DNA of 36,909 nt, from the NCBI RefSeq assembly GCF_000743755.1, contig NW_014569468.1, positions 1 to 36,909 of the forward strand, read 5' to 3'. This stretch comes from Blastocystis sp. subtype 4 (lineage: Eukaryota). Numbering within the stretch: the first letter of the stretch is position 1; each line of letters opens with the position of its first letter. The notes under the pieces are model-generated. The model ran no database searches, was not told the origin of the DNA, and saw only the letters and a program-made list of their open reading frames with translations. A program made the position numbers and the translations under genes. This document shows, piece after piece, positions 35,250-36,909 of this stretch.

Positions 35250-36899
35250 ATGTCAGTATCATCATTCGAAGTGAATGCAGCGGCTGCTATGCGTGACTAT
35301 TACGTGGAGCCTCGTTTGGGTTTGTTTTAGCGTTGAGAGCAATGATTCGTTAGACTACCGAACGATCAGTGGAGTAAATGGTCCTCTTGTTGTTTTGGAG
35401 AATGTGAAAGTGGGTTTTGGTGAGTACTTTGTGATATCGGTAGGGACCTCGTTTCTCGGAGATTGTGAATCTGCGACTTGGCAATGGCGAACTGCGTAAG
35501 GGTCAGATTCTGGAAATCTACGGTAACAAGGCCATTGTGCAGGTTTTTGAGGGAACCTCTGGAATTGATAACACCCGCACACACTGTGAGTTTACTGGAG
35601 ACATTATGAAGATGGCTATGTGTGTAGTTTAGTTATGGATTGAGTTGTAGTTCGGAAGAGATGCTGGGTCGTACGTTCAACGGTTCAGGTATTGCTATCG
35701 ATAATGCTCCTCCAGTACTTGCTGAGGAGTATCTGGATATCGATGGTCAGCCCATCAATCCTTATGCACGTACGTATCCGAAGGAAATGATCCAGACGGG
35801 TATTTCAGCCATTGATGCGATGAATTCTATTGCCCGAGGTCAGAAGATTCCTCTGTTCTCTGCTTCTGGTATGCCCCACAATGAAGTGTGTTTGTATGAA
35901 TGGAATGATGGATAGTTGGGAGCTCAAATTTGTCGTCAGGCAGGTCTGGTAGCAGGAAAGGATATTCATGATGATCATGAAGATAACTTCGCTATGGTGT
36001 TCGGTGCTATGGGAGTGAATATGGAGACAGCTCGATTCTTCCGTAACGATTTCACAGAGAATGGTACAATGCAACGAACAGCCTTATTCCTGAATCTGGC
36101 TAATGATCCTACAATGGAACGTATCATCACACCTCGTATTGCGCTGACCACTGCTGAGTATCTGGCATATGAGCGAGATCTTCATGTGCTTGTGATTCTG
36201 ACTGATATGTCCTCCTATGCTGATGCTCTGCGTGAAGTGTCAGCTGCACGTGAGGAAGTGCCTTCTCGTCGTGGTTATCCTGGATACATGTACACGAATC
36301 TCTCAACATTGTATGAGCGTGCAGGTCGTGTAACAGGTCGTAATGGTTCGATCACTCAGTTGCCCATTCTGACTATGCCTAATGATGATATTACACATCC
36401 TATTCCTGATCTCACAGGATACATTACAGAAGGACAGATCTATTTGGATCGTGCTTTGAATAAGCGTGGTATCTATCCTCCCATCAATGTGTTGCCCTCT
36501 CTGTCTCGTTTGATGAAGTCTGCTATTGGTAAGGGAATGACACGTCATGATCATGGTGCTGTCTCTAATCAGCTTTATACCAACTATGCTACTGGTAAGG
36601 ATGTGATGGCTATGAAGGCTGTGGTGGGAGAGGAGGCTTTGACGACAGAAGATCACTTCTATCTCAAGTTCACAGAGGACTTTGAGAACACGTTTGTCAG
36701 TCAGGGTAGGAACAGGAGAGAGGAATGAAGAATAGGTCCATATGAGTCCAGATCCATCTTTGACTCGCTAGATAAGGCTTGGAGTATGTTGCGCACGTTC
36801 CCGAAGGAGATGTTGAAGAAGATCCCTGCTGACATTCTGGATGAGTTCTATGCGCGCAAGGGAGTAGAGGCTCCTGAGGTGGACGAGAAGGAGGAATAG
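35250..36899 (+). CDS. VMA2: V-type proton ATPase subunit B
   Basis: [91 protein letters not shown] 36897-36899. Confidence 0.97.
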
Positions 36900-36909
36900 A
36901 GTGTTTTTT

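Noticed and set aside
30634..36656. Antisense and alternate-frame ORFs over the surface protein and V-ATPase B (likewise over COPA and SET)
   Set aside because: Shadow ORFs of well-supported genes with no recognisable motifs.
1..36909. Stop-codon reassignment, CRISPR arrays, transposons or a bacterial origin for the fragmented ORFs
   Set aside because: Fragmentation is explained by ~30-nt spliceosomal introns; no spaced direct-repeat arrays, transposase or reverse-transcriptase motifs were seen.

Overview
Gene-dense eukaryotic nuclear DNA (roughly 40% GC by eye) with many tiny ~28-35 nt GT-AG introns, intergenic gaps as short as ~32-60 nt, and a TGTTTGTT element at gene 3' ends. These are hallmarks of the stramenopile gut protist Blastocystis (inference; a low-GC subtype such as ST4 is plausible). 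Splicing by hand gives about 20 protein genes and one tRNA: a partial MORN/LRR-like family gene, SRPK, a small mitochondrion-targeted-looking orphan, an ATXR3/SDG2-like SET methyltransferase, a CCCH-finger/Abitram(FAM206A) fusion, tRNA-Ile(UAU), FSH1/OVCA2 hydrolase, a zinc-finger protein, alpha-COP, RPA12, an unknown multi-OB-fold-like protein, a DENND4-like GEF, a spliced microprotein, Cactin, LSm2, THUMPD1, PRA1, OSBP, fructosamine kinase, a ~1650-aa Ig-like surface protein and V-ATPase B. Most notable: (1) four genes end in an in-frame T or TA exactly 4 nt before TGTTTGTT, so their stop codons are probably made by polyadenylation. (2) LSm2 carries two very short (46 and 42 nt) AT-AC minor-spliceosome introns and lies head-to-head with Cactin, with 32 nt between start codons. 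(3) Several unannotatable or fused genes are invisible in the ORF track. Exon boundaries were derived by eye and no searches were run.
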